Positions 18,530 to 28,651 of a stretch of DNA of 64,000 nt are shown here, piece by piece; the first letter of the stretch is position 1, and every line of letters begins with the position of its first letter. Where the stretch lies: positions 1,448 to 65,447 of the forward strand of contig CAWDAI010000013.1 in assembly GCA_963800275.1 (NCBI GenBank), in the 5' to 3' direction. The DNA comes from an uncultured Chloroflexia bacterium. GTDB taxonomy: Bacteria; Chloroflexota; Limnocylindria; Limnocylindrales; CSP1-4. A program made the position numbers and the translations under genes. A model generated the notes under the pieces. The model was not told the origin of the DNA. It was given only the letters and a program-made list of their open reading frames with translations, and did no database searches.

Positions 18530-19068
18530 GCGCACCCGACCCGGGGCGCGGCCGCGACCTCCTGCCTGGCGGGACGCCCCCGCAGCTGACCGAGCAACGA
18601 GCCGGCATCGTCGTCTTCGCCTGTGGCGATCCCGCGCATGCGGAGCACGACTCGGTGGCCATCGCAGCCTGTACCTCCCTCCCGCCCGAGCTGACCGAGC
18701 GGATCGACCTCAAGCTCGTGGGCCCGATGCGCCCGGAGTACCTGCGCGACCTGGCACCCGCGACGCAGGTGCTCATCGTGGACACGCTGGCCACCACACC
18801 CGGCGAGGTGGTCGAGGTCGCGCTGCTGGAGCTGAGCGGGCGCGAGGAGCCGCTGGCGGCGAGCTCGACGCCCGATCCGCCGCTGGACGAGGTCGTGGCC
18901 ATGGGCCAGCTCCTGCGGGATACACCGCTGGCCGGCTGGTTCGTGGGCTTGGGCGTGCCCTCGGTCGACTTGCGCCGCCCGCCCGATCCCGGGGCGGTGG
19001 CGTCGTTGCGCGCGGTGGTCTCTCGCACCCTCGCGGCGATCACGGGCACGGATCCGGACGAGCGCTAG
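18526..19068 (+). CDS. Hydrogenase maturation protease-like protein (degenerate)
   Basis: VVFACGDPAHAEHDSVA, VLIVDT and PGEV resemble the HyaD/HycI fold, but the catalytic motifs are altered. Confidence 0.55.
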   Translation: MSAPDPGRGRDLLPGGTPPQLTEQRAGIVVFACGDPAHAEHDSVAIAACTSLPPELTERIDLKLVGPMRPEYLRDLAPATQVLIVDTLATTPGEVVEVALLELSGREEPLAASSTPDPPLDEVVAMGQLLRDTPLAGWFVGLGVPSVDLRRPPDPGAVASLRAVVSRTLAAITGTDPDER

Positions 19069-19111
19069 ACGTGCCTTGACGGCACACGCCGGAGTCGCCA
19101 CGCTTTGGTCG

Positions 19112-20434
19112 ATGCCTGCCGTCAAGTTCGCCCGGAGCGGTGATGTCTCCGTCGCCTATTCCGCGAATGGGGAAGGTCCCCTCGATATCGTCTACGTCCA
19201 GGGCGCCTATTCGCATCTCGAGGTCATGTGGGAGCTGCCCCAGTTCCGCCACTTCTGTGAGCGCCTGGGCGAGTTCGCCCGACTCATCCGCTTCGACAAG
19301 CGAGGCATGGGCATGTCCGATCGCGTACCCGGTGCCACCACCCTGGAGACGCGCATGGATGACATCCGCGCGGTGATGGACGCCGTCGGCAGCGAGCGTG
19401 CCGCGCTCATCGGCCAGTCGGAGGGAGGCCCCCTCTCGATGCTCTTCGCCGCCGCCTACCCGGAGCGGACCGATGCGCTCATCCTCGCCGGCGCGGAAGT
19501 CCGCGAGCGCCGCGACGAGGAATGGCCGTGGGGCGAGTCCAGCCATGTCGAGTTCGAGGAGGCCATGGCCGCGATCCCCGAGCGAGTGGGCCAGGGCGCC
19601 AGCTTCGGGCACTTCGCGCCCAGCGTCGGCGACGTCGACTGGGGGCGCGAGTGGCTGGGCAAGATCCAGCGCAACGCCGGCACGCCCGGCTCCCTGGAAG
19701 CGTTCATGCGCATGGCCTTCGACATCGACGTCCGCCACGTGGCGCCGGCGATCAGGGTGCCCACGCTGGTCTTCCACGCCGTCGACGACGAGATCTGCCA
19801 TGTCGAGAACGGCCGCTTCCTGGCGCGCACCATCCCGGGCGCTCGGTACGTGGAATATCCCGGAGCGGACCATCTGCCCTGGTTTGGGCTGGCTGATCCC
19901 TTCATCGCCGAGGTCCGCAGCTTCCTCGCTGGCGAGCTGCCCCCGCCCGAGGTCGAGCGCGTACTGGCCACGGTCCTGTTCACGGACATCGTCGGCTCGA
20001 CCGCTGCGGCGGCCCGGCTGGGCGACGTCCGCTGGCGCCAGGCGCTGGCCGAGCATCACGCCATCGTGCGCTCAGCGGTCGAGCGCTTCGGGGGGCGCGA
20101 GGTGGACATGGCCGGTGACGGCGTCCTGGCCACCTTCGATGGTCCCGCGCGGGCGATCCGCTGTGCCCAGACCATCCAGCTCGCTTCGAAGCCGCTCGGC
20201 TTCGACGTGCGCGCGGGCGTCCACACCGGCGAGATCGAGCGCCTGCCGGGCAGTGTCACCGGCATCGCCGTCCACATCGGGGCGCGCGTGGCCGCAGCCG
20301 CAAGCGCGGGCGAGGTGCTGGTCTCGGCCATCGTGCCTCAGCTGACCGCCGGCAGCGATCTCTCCTATGAGGACCGTGGGCTGCACGGCCTCAAGGGCGT
20401 TCCGGACGAGATGCGTCTGTTCGCCGTGGCCTGA
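19112..20434 (+). CDS. Alpha/beta hydrolase fused to adenylate/guanylate cyclase (LipJ-like)
   Basis: FDKRGMGMSD and GQSEGG, then LFTDIVGST, GDG and RAGVHTGE. Promoter TTGACG-17-CACGCT lies 7 nt before ATG. Confidence 0.92.
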   Translation: MPAVKFARSGDVSVAYSANGEGPLDIVYVQGAYSHLEVMWELPQFRHFCERLGEFARLIRFDKRGMGMSDRVPGATTLETRMDDIRAVMDAVGSERAALIGQSEGGPLSMLFAAAYPERTDALILAGAEVRERRDEEWPWGESSHVEFEEAMAAIPERVGQGASFGHFAPSVGDVDWGREWLGKIQRNAGTPGSLEAFMRMAFDIDVRHVAPAIRVPTLVFHAVDDEICHVENGRFLARTIPGARYVEYPGADHLPWFGLADPFIAEVRSFLAGELPPPEVERVLATVLFTDIVGSTAAAARLGDVRWRQALAEHHAIVRSAVERFGGREVDMAGDGVLATFDGPARAIRCAQTIQLASKPLGFDVRAGVHTGEIERLPGSVTGIAVHIGARVAAAASAGEVLVSAIVPQLTAGSDLSYEDRGLHGLKGVPDEMRLFAVA

Positions 20435-20463
20435 GCCGGCTGGGCGGCTCGTACAATCCCGCG

Positions 20464-21285
20464 ATGGTCGAACGTTTCATCGACGTGCCTGGGGGCAGGC
20501 TCGAGGTCCACGATTTCGGCGCTGGTCCTCCGGTCGTGCTGCTGCACGCGAACATCGTCGACGCCTGGGCCTGGGAGCCGCTGACGCCGTTCCTGCTCGA
20601 CGCCGACTACCGCGTCGCTGCCTTCGACCGACGCGGTTTCGGCGGCTCCACCACCGGGGACATCGAATTCACCCACCGCGCCGATACCCTCGCGGTGCTC
20701 GACGCGCTGGGGCTGGAGCGCGCGGTGCTGGTGGGCAATTCGGCTGGCGGCCAGATCGCGCTCGACGCCGCGATCGAGGCGCCCGAGCGCGTGGCCGGGT
20801 TGGTGCTTATCGGCGCCGCCGTGCCCGGCTATCACCCGGACCTCTCGCCGGCGGAAGAAGCCCTCGAGGCGGAGCTGGAGGCAGCCGACGAGAGCGGCGA
20901 TCCCGAACGCATCGCCGACGCCGACGTGCGGGCCTGGGTCGACGGCCCGGGTCAGCCAGCCGACCGCGTCCCCGAGGACATCCGCGAGCTGGTCCGCGAG
21001 ATGGATCGAGCGCTGAATGAACCCGGTCGTGTCCGGGGCCGGCCGTCGCCTGCGCGACCGCCCGCAGCAGAGCGGCTGGACCGGCTCACGATGCCCGTCC
21101 TCGCGGTGGCCGGCGAGCTGGACTTCTCCGATCTGGTAGCCACGACCGACTACCTCGCCGCGCACGCGCCTAACGCGAGGGCGCTGGTCATGCCAGGGGT
21201 GGCGCACCTCATCGGCCTGGAGGCGCCCGAGGAGCTGGGCGCGGCCGTTATCGACTTCCTCGCGCCGCTGCCGCGCTGGGGGTAG
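20464..21285 (+). CDS. Alpha/beta fold hydrolase
   Basis: VLLHA, DRRGFGGS, GNSAGG, GELD and AHLI. Confidence 0.92.
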   Translation: MVERFIDVPGGRLEVHDFGAGPPVVLLHANIVDAWAWEPLTPFLLDADYRVAAFDRRGFGGSTTGDIEFTHRADTLAVLDALGLERAVLVGNSAGGQIALDAAIEAPERVAGLVLIGAAVPGYHPDLSPAEEALEAELEAADESGDPERIADADVRAWVDGPGQPADRVPEDIRELVREMDRALNEPGRVRGRPSPARPPAAERLDRLTMPVLAVAGELDFSDLVATTDYLAAHAPNARALVMPGVAHLIGLEAPEELGAAVIDFLAPLPRWG

Positions 21286-21467
21286 CCGTCACCGGCCTCC
21301 GTCGTGCTTGCGCCGCGGGGTACGATGGGCGGGCCCAGTGCCCTGGTGAACGCCGGGGAGGCTTTGGAGGAGGCGTGGGCGAAAGGCACGACCCGTGCGG
21401 TTCGGGAGCCGCGCGGAGCGGGTCAGCCGTGTACGTGCTCCTCGTACAGCGAAAGGAGCAGATCCCC

Positions 21468-22766
21468 ATGACGATGCGCAAGCGCGCGTTCGGCATCGGT
21501 ATGACCGCCGCCCTGGCGATGTCGCTCGTTGGCGGCGCCGTTGCCGCGCAGGACCCGGTGGTGATCCTGTCGACGCAGATGGTGCCGGAGGAAGAGGCGG
21601 CCATGATGCGGAACGACATCATGGCCGGCTATGACGGTTCGTTCGACTTCGTCGGTACTGAGACCGGACCCTTCGTCGATACCCTTCGGGCCGAGGCTGA
21701 GTCCGGCTCGGGTGACACCAGCGTGGCACTCGCCCTTCATGGCGAGCTCTCGACGCTGGGTGCGGAAGACCTGCTCATGGACCTCTCCGACATCGCGTCG
21801 GAGGTGGACGCGGCTCCGGCCTTCATGGAGCTCGGCAAGCTGGGCACAGACCAGCAGCTGTACATCCCCATGATGCAGGCGACCTACATCATGGCCGCCC
21901 GCAAGGAAGCGCTCGACTACCTGCCCGAGGGCGCGGATATCAACGCCCTCACCTGGGACCAGGTCAAGGAGTGGGGCGCCAACATGACCGAGGCCACCGG
22001 TGAGCGCCTGTTGGGCTTCCCCTTCGGTGAGGACGGTCTGCGCCATCGCCTGTTGCAGGGCTATCTCTACCCGGCCTTCACCGGCCACGTGAACAACGAC
22101 TTCGCGACCCAGGCCGGCGTGGACATGTGGGACTGGCTGCTGGACGCCTGGCAGTACGTGAACCCGCAGTCGACGACCTACGGCTTCATGCAGGAGCCCC
22201 TCCAGAGCGGTGAGGTCTGGGTGGCCTGGGACCACACGGCCCGCCTGATCGATGCGCTCAACTCCGATCCCGAGAACTTCGTGGCCTTCCCCAGCCCGGC
22301 GGGGCCGGCGGGCCGCGCGTTCATGCCGGTCATCGTCGGCCTGGCCGTGCCCAAGACGGCGCCTGACCCCGAGGGTGCCAAGGAGATCATCAAGTACCTC
22401 CTCCAGCCCGAGACGCAGGGCACGACGCTCGCCGCCGTCAGCTTCTTCCCGGTCGCGACCGGCGAGGTGCCCGCTGACGTCGGGCCCGGCGTGCAGGCGG
22501 AAGCGGCCGCCATCAGCGGGCAGTCCGGAGCGGCCGACGCTCTGCCTGCGCTGCTGCCGGTCGGTCTCGGCGACCAGGGTGGTGCCTACAGCGACGTCTT
22601 CAAGGATGCGCTCGCGTCCATCATCGTCGAGGGTGCCGATCCAGCCGAGACGCTCGCGGCCCTTGCCCCCACGCTGCAGGAGATCTTCGACTCCACCGGC
22701 GCGCCCTGCTGGACGCCCGATGAGGTCGTCGAAGGCCAGCCCTGCGTGGTCGGCGTCGCCGAGTAG
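21468..22766 (+). CDS. Sugar ABC transporter substrate-binding protein
   Basis: SD AAAGGAG, signal peptide, first gene of a CUT1-type operon. Confidence 0.88.
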   Translation: MTMRKRAFGIGMTAALAMSLVGGAVAAQDPVVILSTQMVPEEEAAMMRNDIMAGYDGSFDFVGTETGPFVDTLRAEAESGSGDTSVALALHGELSTLGAEDLLMDLSDIASEVDAAPAFMELGKLGTDQQLYIPMMQATYIMAARKEALDYLPEGADINALTWDQVKEWGANMTEATGERLLGFPFGEDGLRHRLLQGYLYPAFTGHVNNDFATQAGVDMWDWLLDAWQYVNPQSTTYGFMQEPLQSGEVWVAWDHTARLIDALNSDPENFVAFPSPAGPAGRAFMPVIVGLAVPKTAPDPEGAKEIIKYLLQPETQGTTLAAVSFFPVATGEVPADVGPGVQAEAAAISGQSGAADALPALLPVGLGDQGGAYSDVFKDALASIIVEGADPAETLAALAPTLQEIFDSTGAPCWTPDEVVEGQPCVVGVAE

Positions 22767-22779
22767 CCCGATTCCTGAC

Positions 22780-22857
22780 GCGCGCGACGTTCCCGGGTCG
22801 CGCGCCCCGCCCCGAGTGGGCGCGACGGGGGTCACCCCCGCCGTCCGCCCGGGGCGG
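22780..22857 (+). other. Intercistronic GC-rich hairpins after the SBP gene (mRNA stabiliser or partial terminator)
   Basis: GCGCGCGAC/GTCGCGCGC (22780-22805) and CCGCCCCG.../...CGGGGCGG (22807-22857). Confidence 0.55.
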
Positions 22858-22911
22858 AACTGCCCCCACGCTGGGCCCGGTCCGTCGAAGTGAGGGAGGG
22901 ACGCCCCCGGC

Positions 22912-23793
22912 ATGACCGCCGACACCATCGTCTTGCGCGGCAGGCGCAAGCGCAACTGGGCGCCGTACATCCTGCTGCTGCCCTCGCTCGTCTTCCTCTT
23001 CTTCTTCTTCGCGACGCCCATGTTCTCGTCGTTCGTGCTGGCGTTCCAGACGCCCGATGGAGCCTGGTCGCTCGATTCCATCGGGACCATGGTCGGCGAC
23101 CCCAACTTCACGCGCGCGGTGACCACCACGCTCACGCTGGTGCTCATCGTGATCCCCTTCCAGCTGGCCCTGGCCCTGGCCATGGCCCTGGTCGTCAACA
23201 AGCGCCTGAAGGGCACCAGCCTGTGGCTCTACGTGTATGCCTTGCCCCTCGCCATCAGCGAGCTCGCGGCGGGCATCGTGTGGGTCTCCATCTTCACGCA
23301 GAAGGGCTGGCTCAACAGCATCCTCGAGTCTCTGGGCATCCTCGAGCGTGGTGTCATCTGGCAGTCGGCAGAGTCGTACTGGACGCTCATCGGCATCATC
23401 GTGGTGGCGGAGATGTGGCGGGCCACCTCGATCATGATGATCATCCTCGTGGCCGGTCTGCAGTCCATCCCCGACGAGTACATCGAGGCCGCGGAGGTCT
23501 ATGGCGCCACGCTCTGGCAGCGCGTTCGGCGGGTGATCCTGCCCATGCTGCGGCCGAGCCTGCAGGTGGCGCTCATCCTGCGCATCATCCTCGCCATCCA
23601 GGTCTTCGCCACCGCCATCGCCCTGGCCGGCACCGGGCTCACGGTGATGTCCCAGCAGACCCTGGAGTGGGCCAACGACATCGACGATGACCACGTCGCC
23701 GCGGCCTGGGCCGGGTTGATGCTGATCCTCAGCATCTTCGCCACGATCGGTGTGCTCTGGCTGCTGCCGGTCAAGGACGAGCAGCAGGTATGA
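22912..23793 (+). CDS. Sugar ABC transporter permease
   Basis: AGLQSIPDEYIEAAEVYGA (EAA loop). Confidence 0.93.
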   Translation: MTADTIVLRGRRKRNWAPYILLLPSLVFLFFFFATPMFSSFVLAFQTPDGAWSLDSIGTMVGDPNFTRAVTTTLTLVLIVIPFQLALALAMALVVNKRLKGTSLWLYVYALPLAISELAAGIVWVSIFTQKGWLNSILESLGILERGVIWQSAESYWTLIGIIVVAEMWRATSIMMIILVAGLQSIPDEYIEAAEVYGATLWQRVRRVILPMLRPSLQVALILRIILAIQVFATAIALAGTGLTVMSQQTLEWANDIDDDHVAAAWAGLMLILSIFATIGVLWLLPVKDEQQV

Positions 23794-24671
23794 CCGCTCC
23801 CGCCGTGCGGGCCACGACCGAGGCCTCCGAAGATCCACCGCCGTCTCGTCGCAGGCTGACCCCGCGCAAGGCGCTCAACACGATCCTCTGGTACCTCGCG
23901 GCCATCGTCCTGGCGCTCTTCATCGCGGTGCCCATCTACCTCATCTTCGTCAGCGCGACCACGCCTGCCGACGCCACCTACGACTATCCCAAGAGCGTCA
24001 TCCCGGTGGGCATCGCCACTGACAACATCGAGAAGTTCGTGACCGCCTCGGGCGTGGTCGACGCCTTCTGGCGCAGCATCATCGCGGGCATCATCACCGT
24101 CGTGCTGGCCCTGGGCATCGGTGCTCCGGCCGGCTACGCCCTCGCCCGTTACATCTTCCGCGGACGTGATGGCTACCGCCTGGTGGTGCTCTCTACGCGC
24201 GCCTTCCCCATCGTCATCCTCTCCATCCCTCTCGCGGTGATGTACCGCAACATCGGCATCTACGACTCCGTCTGGGGCGTCGCCCTCATGCACACGGCCC
24301 TGGCCCTGCCCTTCGCGGTGCTCATCACCAGCTCCGTCTTCGTCTCCATCCCGCGCGAGCTGGAAGAGGCGGCGCAGACGCTGGGCTGCTCACCCGCTCG
24401 AGCCTTCCTGCGCGTGTCGCTGCCGCTGGCCCTGCCGGGCCTGACCGCGGCGGCCATCTTCACCTGGGTGCTCTCCTGGAACGACGTCTTCGCGGCGGCG
24501 GTGCTCACGTTGCGCAACCCGACGCTGCCGGCCCGCATCCTGACCTCGCTCACGCAGGCCTCGCTGCCCTGGCAGTTCGCCGCCGCCTTCGTGATGCTCG
24601 TGCCCGGCCTCATCGTCATCTTCGTCATCCGTCGGTACCTGCTCGGCCTGTGGGGCCGGGTCGTCAAGTAG
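23790..24671 (+). CDS. Sugar ABC transporter permease
   Basis: SIPRELEEAAQTLGCS (EAA loop), SWND. Confidence 0.93.
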   Translation: MTAPAVRATTEASEDPPPSRRRLTPRKALNTILWYLAAIVLALFIAVPIYLIFVSATTPADATYDYPKSVIPVGIATDNIEKFVTASGVVDAFWRSIIAGIITVVLALGIGAPAGYALARYIFRGRDGYRLVVLSTRAFPIVILSIPLAVMYRNIGIYDSVWGVALMHTALALPFAVLITSSVFVSIPRELEEAAQTLGCSPARAFLRVSLPLALPGLTAAAIFTWVLSWNDVFAAAVLTLRNPTLPARILTSLTQASLPWQFAAAFVMLVPGLIVIFVIRRYLLGLWGRVVK

Positions 24672-24680
24672 GGGAGGCAC

Positions 24681-25778
24681 GTGTCAGAGATCCGTCTGGA
24701 GCGTATCCACAAGATCTTCAAGGAGATCCGCGCGGTCGATGACGTCTCCCTCACCATCAAGCAGGGCGAGTTCATGGTCCTGCTGGGTCCATCCGGCTGC
24801 GGCAAGACGACCCTGCTGCGCTCGATCGCGGGCCTCGAGGACATCGACGCGGGCACGGTCACCATCGGCGACCGCGACGTCACGGAGATGCCGCCGCGCA
24901 ACCGCAAGATCGCCATGGTCTTCCAGTCGTACGCCGTCTTCCCGCACATGTCGGTATTCGAGAACATCGCCTTCGGCCTGCGCATGCAGAAGCTGGACAA
25001 GTCGGTCATCGACACGCGGGTCAGGTCGAGCGCCGAGCTGCTGCATATCGAGAACCTGCTCGACCGCTACCCCTCGCAGGTGTCGGGCGGTCAGCGCCAG
25101 CGCATCGCGGTGGCGCGGGCGGTGGCCATGGAATCGGAAGTCCTGCTCATGGACGAGCCGCTCTCCAACCTCGATGCGCTCCTGCGCCTGGAGATGCGTG
25201 CCGAGCTCAAGCGGCTGCTCTCCGAGATCGGCAGCACCACCGTGTACGTGACGCACGACCAGGTCGAGGCCATGTCCATGGGCGACCGCATCGCCGTCAT
25301 GCGCGCGGGCAAGATCCTGCAGCTGGGCGAGCCGCTGGACATCTACCAGACGCCGGTCGACCGGTTCGTAGGCGGCTTCATCGGCAATCCGCCCATGAAC
25401 TTCGTGGCGGTGACCCTGGACAAGGGTGCCGAGGGCCTGGTGGCCGGTGTGAGCGGTGCCGGCTCCGTGGCCGTGGACCCCGCGGCCACGGAGCACCTGC
25501 GGCCGTACGTGGGCAAGACGGTCACGCTCGGCATCCGGGCCGAGAACATCGAGGTGCTTCGAGACGGCGGCGCGGGCGGCACGCTGCAGGCGCGAGTGCT
25601 GGTGGTCGAGCCGCTGGGCTCCCACGACCTGCTGACCTGCCAGCTCGGTTCAGAGCAGATCAAGGTCTCGACACGGCCGGACATGGCCGTCCGGTCGGGC
25701 GAGGACGTCGCCCTCGCGCTCGAGCCTGACCGCACCATCTGGCTTGATCCGGAGTCCGAACGTACCATCGGCATGTGA
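24681..25778 (+). CDS. Sugar ABC transporter ATP-binding protein (MalK-like)
   Basis: GPSGCGKT, SGGQRQR, MDEPLSNLD, YVTHDQ and FIGNPPMN. Confidence 0.96.
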   Translation: MSEIRLERIHKIFKEIRAVDDVSLTIKQGEFMVLLGPSGCGKTTLLRSIAGLEDIDAGTVTIGDRDVTEMPPRNRKIAMVFQSYAVFPHMSVFENIAFGLRMQKLDKSVIDTRVRSSAELLHIENLLDRYPSQVSGGQRQRIAVARAVAMESEVLLMDEPLSNLDALLRLEMRAELKRLLSEIGSTTVYVTHDQVEAMSMGDRIAVMRAGKILQLGEPLDIYQTPVDRFVGGFIGNPPMNFVAVTLDKGAEGLVAGVSGAGSVAVDPAATEHLRPYVGKTVTLGIRAENIEVLRDGGAGGTLQARVLVVEPLGSHDLLTCQLGSEQIKVSTRPDMAVRSGEDVALALEPDRTIWLDPESERTIGM

Positions 25779-27631
25779 CCGCACCGCGAAAACCTCAGGA
25801 CATCGGCAACGGCCTGGTCTGCGCCTCCTTTGGCGCCGGGGGCGAGTGGCTCAGCCTGGGCACCGTCCATCCGCAGGCCGGCTTCGTCGAGCTCAACGGG
25901 CTGCCTCGCTTCGCGCCCGAGTGGCGCGGCGACCCTGTCGCCACTCGCCGCTATCGCTCGTGGATGCGCCGCGAGGAACACGCCTTCCTGCACGTCGAGG
26001 CCGGGCGCGCGACCGTGACCACGCGGCAGGACGCACCGCGGGCCACGCGCCACGTCGTCCAACGGGTCACCATCAAGGCCTCCCATCGGGACCGACCAGC
26101 GGGCATCCGCCTCCGAGCCAACGGCCGCCTGGGCGCGCCGGTGTACGCGGAGATCTCGGAGGTCGATCCACCAGCTGACGAGGGGATCGAGTCGAGCATG
26201 CAGATCGGGGAGGGCACCTTGCGCGTCAGCGGCGACGGTGGGCCCGCCATCGTCCAGGCCTGGTTGCGCAAGGGCGGCGAGTCCGACCCCGGTTCCACCG
26301 TCTCGCGCAACGACGAACGGTTGAGCTGGAAGCTGCTGCGCCGACAGATGCCGAGCGCCGTGGCCTGGCTCGAGTGGCCGGGCGAGGCCGAGGAGGTCCA
26401 CCTGGACATCGTCTGCGCCTTCGATGTGGCCGCGCCGGAGGACCCCGAGTGGTTCGAGCCCGTCCGCCTCACGCCACCGGAGAGCGTCGAACCGCCGGCG
26501 GACGAGTGGCGACCGCTGCGCGTGCCGGCGCGATCGGTGAAGCCGCTCGGGCGCATGAACCAGCGCGCCGCGTCCTATGTTCGGGGCTGTACTGGTCTGG
26601 CTGTCGCGGGAGCCGAGCGGACCATCCTGACCGACCACCGCATCCTGCCCCTGTCCTGGACGCGTGACGCCTACTGGCAGGCGCGATTGCTGCTCACGAC
26701 CTGGGCCCGCGGCGGGCACGACGAGGACGAGCGCTACGTGGCCGACCACCTGCGCTGGCTGTTCCTGCGTTGCGATCGACCCGATGGCTGGTGGGTGCGC
26801 AGCCACTACGCCGATGGGCGGCGCAAGGATCATCCGCGGCAGTCGGACCAGCAGCTCTACCCCTTGCTCGAGCTGGCCGACTACGTCTCGGCCACCGGCC
26901 GCACGCCGGACCTGCCGCCAGACACGACGTGGGCGACCCTCGTGGACCAGGCCTGGGTGGCGGCGCGCACACGGGTGAACGATGAGTTGGGCCTCATGCG
27001 TACGGAGGAGAACCCCGCCGACGACGTGCCCGCCAACCCCTACCTGGCTTCCGACCAGGTGCTGCTGTGGTACACGGCCACGCGCCTGGCGGAGGTGTCT
27101 GCGCTGCTGGGCACCGATCGCACGGAGCTGACGGCGGTGGCATCACGCGTGCGACAGGCCTTCGCTGAGCAGTTCATCGTGGAGGGACCGCTGGGGCGCA
27201 TGTGGGCCTACTCCATCAATGGTCGCGGTGGCGTCGAGCGCTACATGGACGCCAACGACCTGCCCATCGGGCTGGCGCCGCTGTGGGGCTTCGTCGAGCC
27301 CACCGATGGGCCCTGGGCCACGACCGTGCGTTATGCCTTCGACCCGGAGAACCCCGGCTTCGTGAAGGGCCCGATGGGAGGGCTCGGCTCGCGTCATACC
27401 CCCGGCACCTGGCCCCTCGGGGACATCATCGGCTGGGCCGGCTTCGGGCTGATAGGCGAGGAGGAGCGTTCGGAGGCGTCGCTCGAGCGACTGGTGACCT
27501 CCGCGTTCGGTGACGGCATGCTGCCCGAGGCCTATGACCCGGAAGGCTCCGGCTCGGCCGTGCGCCACTGGTTCGCCTGGCCGGGCGCAGCGCTGGCCGC
27601 CATCGCCCTGGAGCACGCCGCTCGCGACTAG
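25775..27631 (+). CDS. Glycoside hydrolase, GH125-like (alpha/alpha)6 barrel
   Basis: LSWTRDAY, MDANDLP, GLGSRHTP..WP, LPEAYD and WFAWPGA; last gene of the sugar ABC operon. Confidence 0.7.
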   Translation: MTAPRKPQDIGNGLVCASFGAGGEWLSLGTVHPQAGFVELNGLPRFAPEWRGDPVATRRYRSWMRREEHAFLHVEAGRATVTTRQDAPRATRHVVQRVTIKASHRDRPAGIRLRANGRLGAPVYAEISEVDPPADEGIESSMQIGEGTLRVSGDGGPAIVQAWLRKGGESDPGSTVSRNDERLSWKLLRRQMPSAVAWLEWPGEAEEVHLDIVCAFDVAAPEDPEWFEPVRLTPPESVEPPADEWRPLRVPARSVKPLGRMNQRAASYVRGCTGLAVAGAERTILTDHRILPLSWTRDAYWQARLLLTTWARGGHDEDERYVADHLRWLFLRCDRPDGWWVRSHYADGRRKDHPRQSDQQLYPLLELADYVSATGRTPDLPPDTTWATLVDQAWVAARTRVNDELGLMRTEENPADDVPANPYLASDQVLLWYTATRLAEVSALLGTDRTELTAVASRVRQAFAEQFIVEGPLGRMWAYSINGRGGVERYMDANDLPIGLAPLWGFVEPTDGPWATTVRYAFDPENPGFVKGPMGGLGSRHTPGTWPLGDIIGWAGFGLIGEEERSEASLERLVTSAFGDGMLPEAYDPEGSGSAVRHWFAWPGAALAAIALEHAARD

Positions 27632-27723
27632 GCCGCAGCCGCTCACGGAGCAGCTTGCCCGGACCGCGGCAGCCTCCGCCCACGGCGGCCGGGAAGCCGC
27701 ACCCACGACCGCCGAGCCACTGG

Positions 27724-28626
27724 CTATGACTGCAGCTCCACCCCCGCGATCCGCAGGTCCTCGGCGAAGGACTGCAACGCCCCGACCCCGTCGGCCAGGC
27801 CATCGACGAACGACTGCGTCCGCCACACACCCAGCTCGGCGTAGGCGCCGAAGAGGTCCTGCCGCTCGCGGCCACGCTCGCTCACGCCGGGATCCTCGAA
27901 CCAGGTGTGCACGGAGACCCTGAGCGTGGCTGGGTCGCGGTCGATCTCCTCGCAGCGGGCACGGATGACCGGCAGGGCCTGTGCGACCGCCTGCGGGTCC
28001 AGGCCGTCGAGGTTGAGCTCGTCCGCGTACCGCGCCGCCAGACGCCAGGTCACCTCTGGCCCATTGCCGCCGACCATGATCGGCACCCGCGGCGCCTGCA
28101 GGGGCTTGGGCTGGTTGATGGCGCCGCGCACCCACGCCCGCTCACCTTCGAACGTGGCCCGCTCGTCCGTCGTGGAATCGAGCATGCGCGTGATGATCTC
28201 CAACTGCTCCCGCAGCGCCGACAGGCGCTCGCCGGTACCAGGAAAGCGGTAGCCGAACGCCTCCCACTCCTCACGTTTCCAGCCCGCCCCGATGCCCAGC
28301 TCCGCCCGGCCGTCGCTGATCACGTCCAGAGTGGCCACCATCTTGGCCGTCAGTGCCGGGTTGCGAAAGCCGGCGCAGATGACGATGTGGCCGAGGCGCA
28401 CACGCTCGGTCAGGGCGGCCAATGCAGAAAGCGTCACGAACGGCTCGAACACGATGGCGTCCGTGGGCTTCGGCCAGGTATGGAAATGGTCGTAGAGCCA
28501 CACGGACTCGAAGCCGAGCCGTTCGGCTGCCTGGGCCACGGCCACGGTGTTGGACCATGCCTCGCGCGGGTCGTGCCCGCGATATTCCTGCACCCAACCC
28601 TGCGGCAGGACCACTCCAGCTTTCAT
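27724..28626 (-). CDS. LLM class F420-dependent oxidoreductase
   Basis: GFESVWLYDHF, RNPALTAKM, LDVISDGR.ELGIGAGW and PIMVGGNG. Confidence 0.9.
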   Translation of the reverse strand: MKAGVVLPQGWVQEYRGHDPREAWSNTVAVAQAAERLGFESVWLYDHFHTWPKPTDAIVFEPFVTLSALAALTERVRLGHIVICAGFRNPALTAKMVATLDVISDGRAELGIGAGWKREEWEAFGYRFPGTGERLSALREQLEIITRMLDSTTDERATFEGERAWVRGAINQPKPLQAPRVPIMVGGNGPEVTWRLAARYADELNLDGLDPQAVAQALPVIRARCEEIDRDPATLRVSVHTWFEDPGVSERGRERQDLFGAYAELGVWRTQSFVDGLADGVGALQSFAEDLRIAGVELQS

Positions 28627-28651
28627 CTGCCCCCACCCCTCTCGGGAAACC

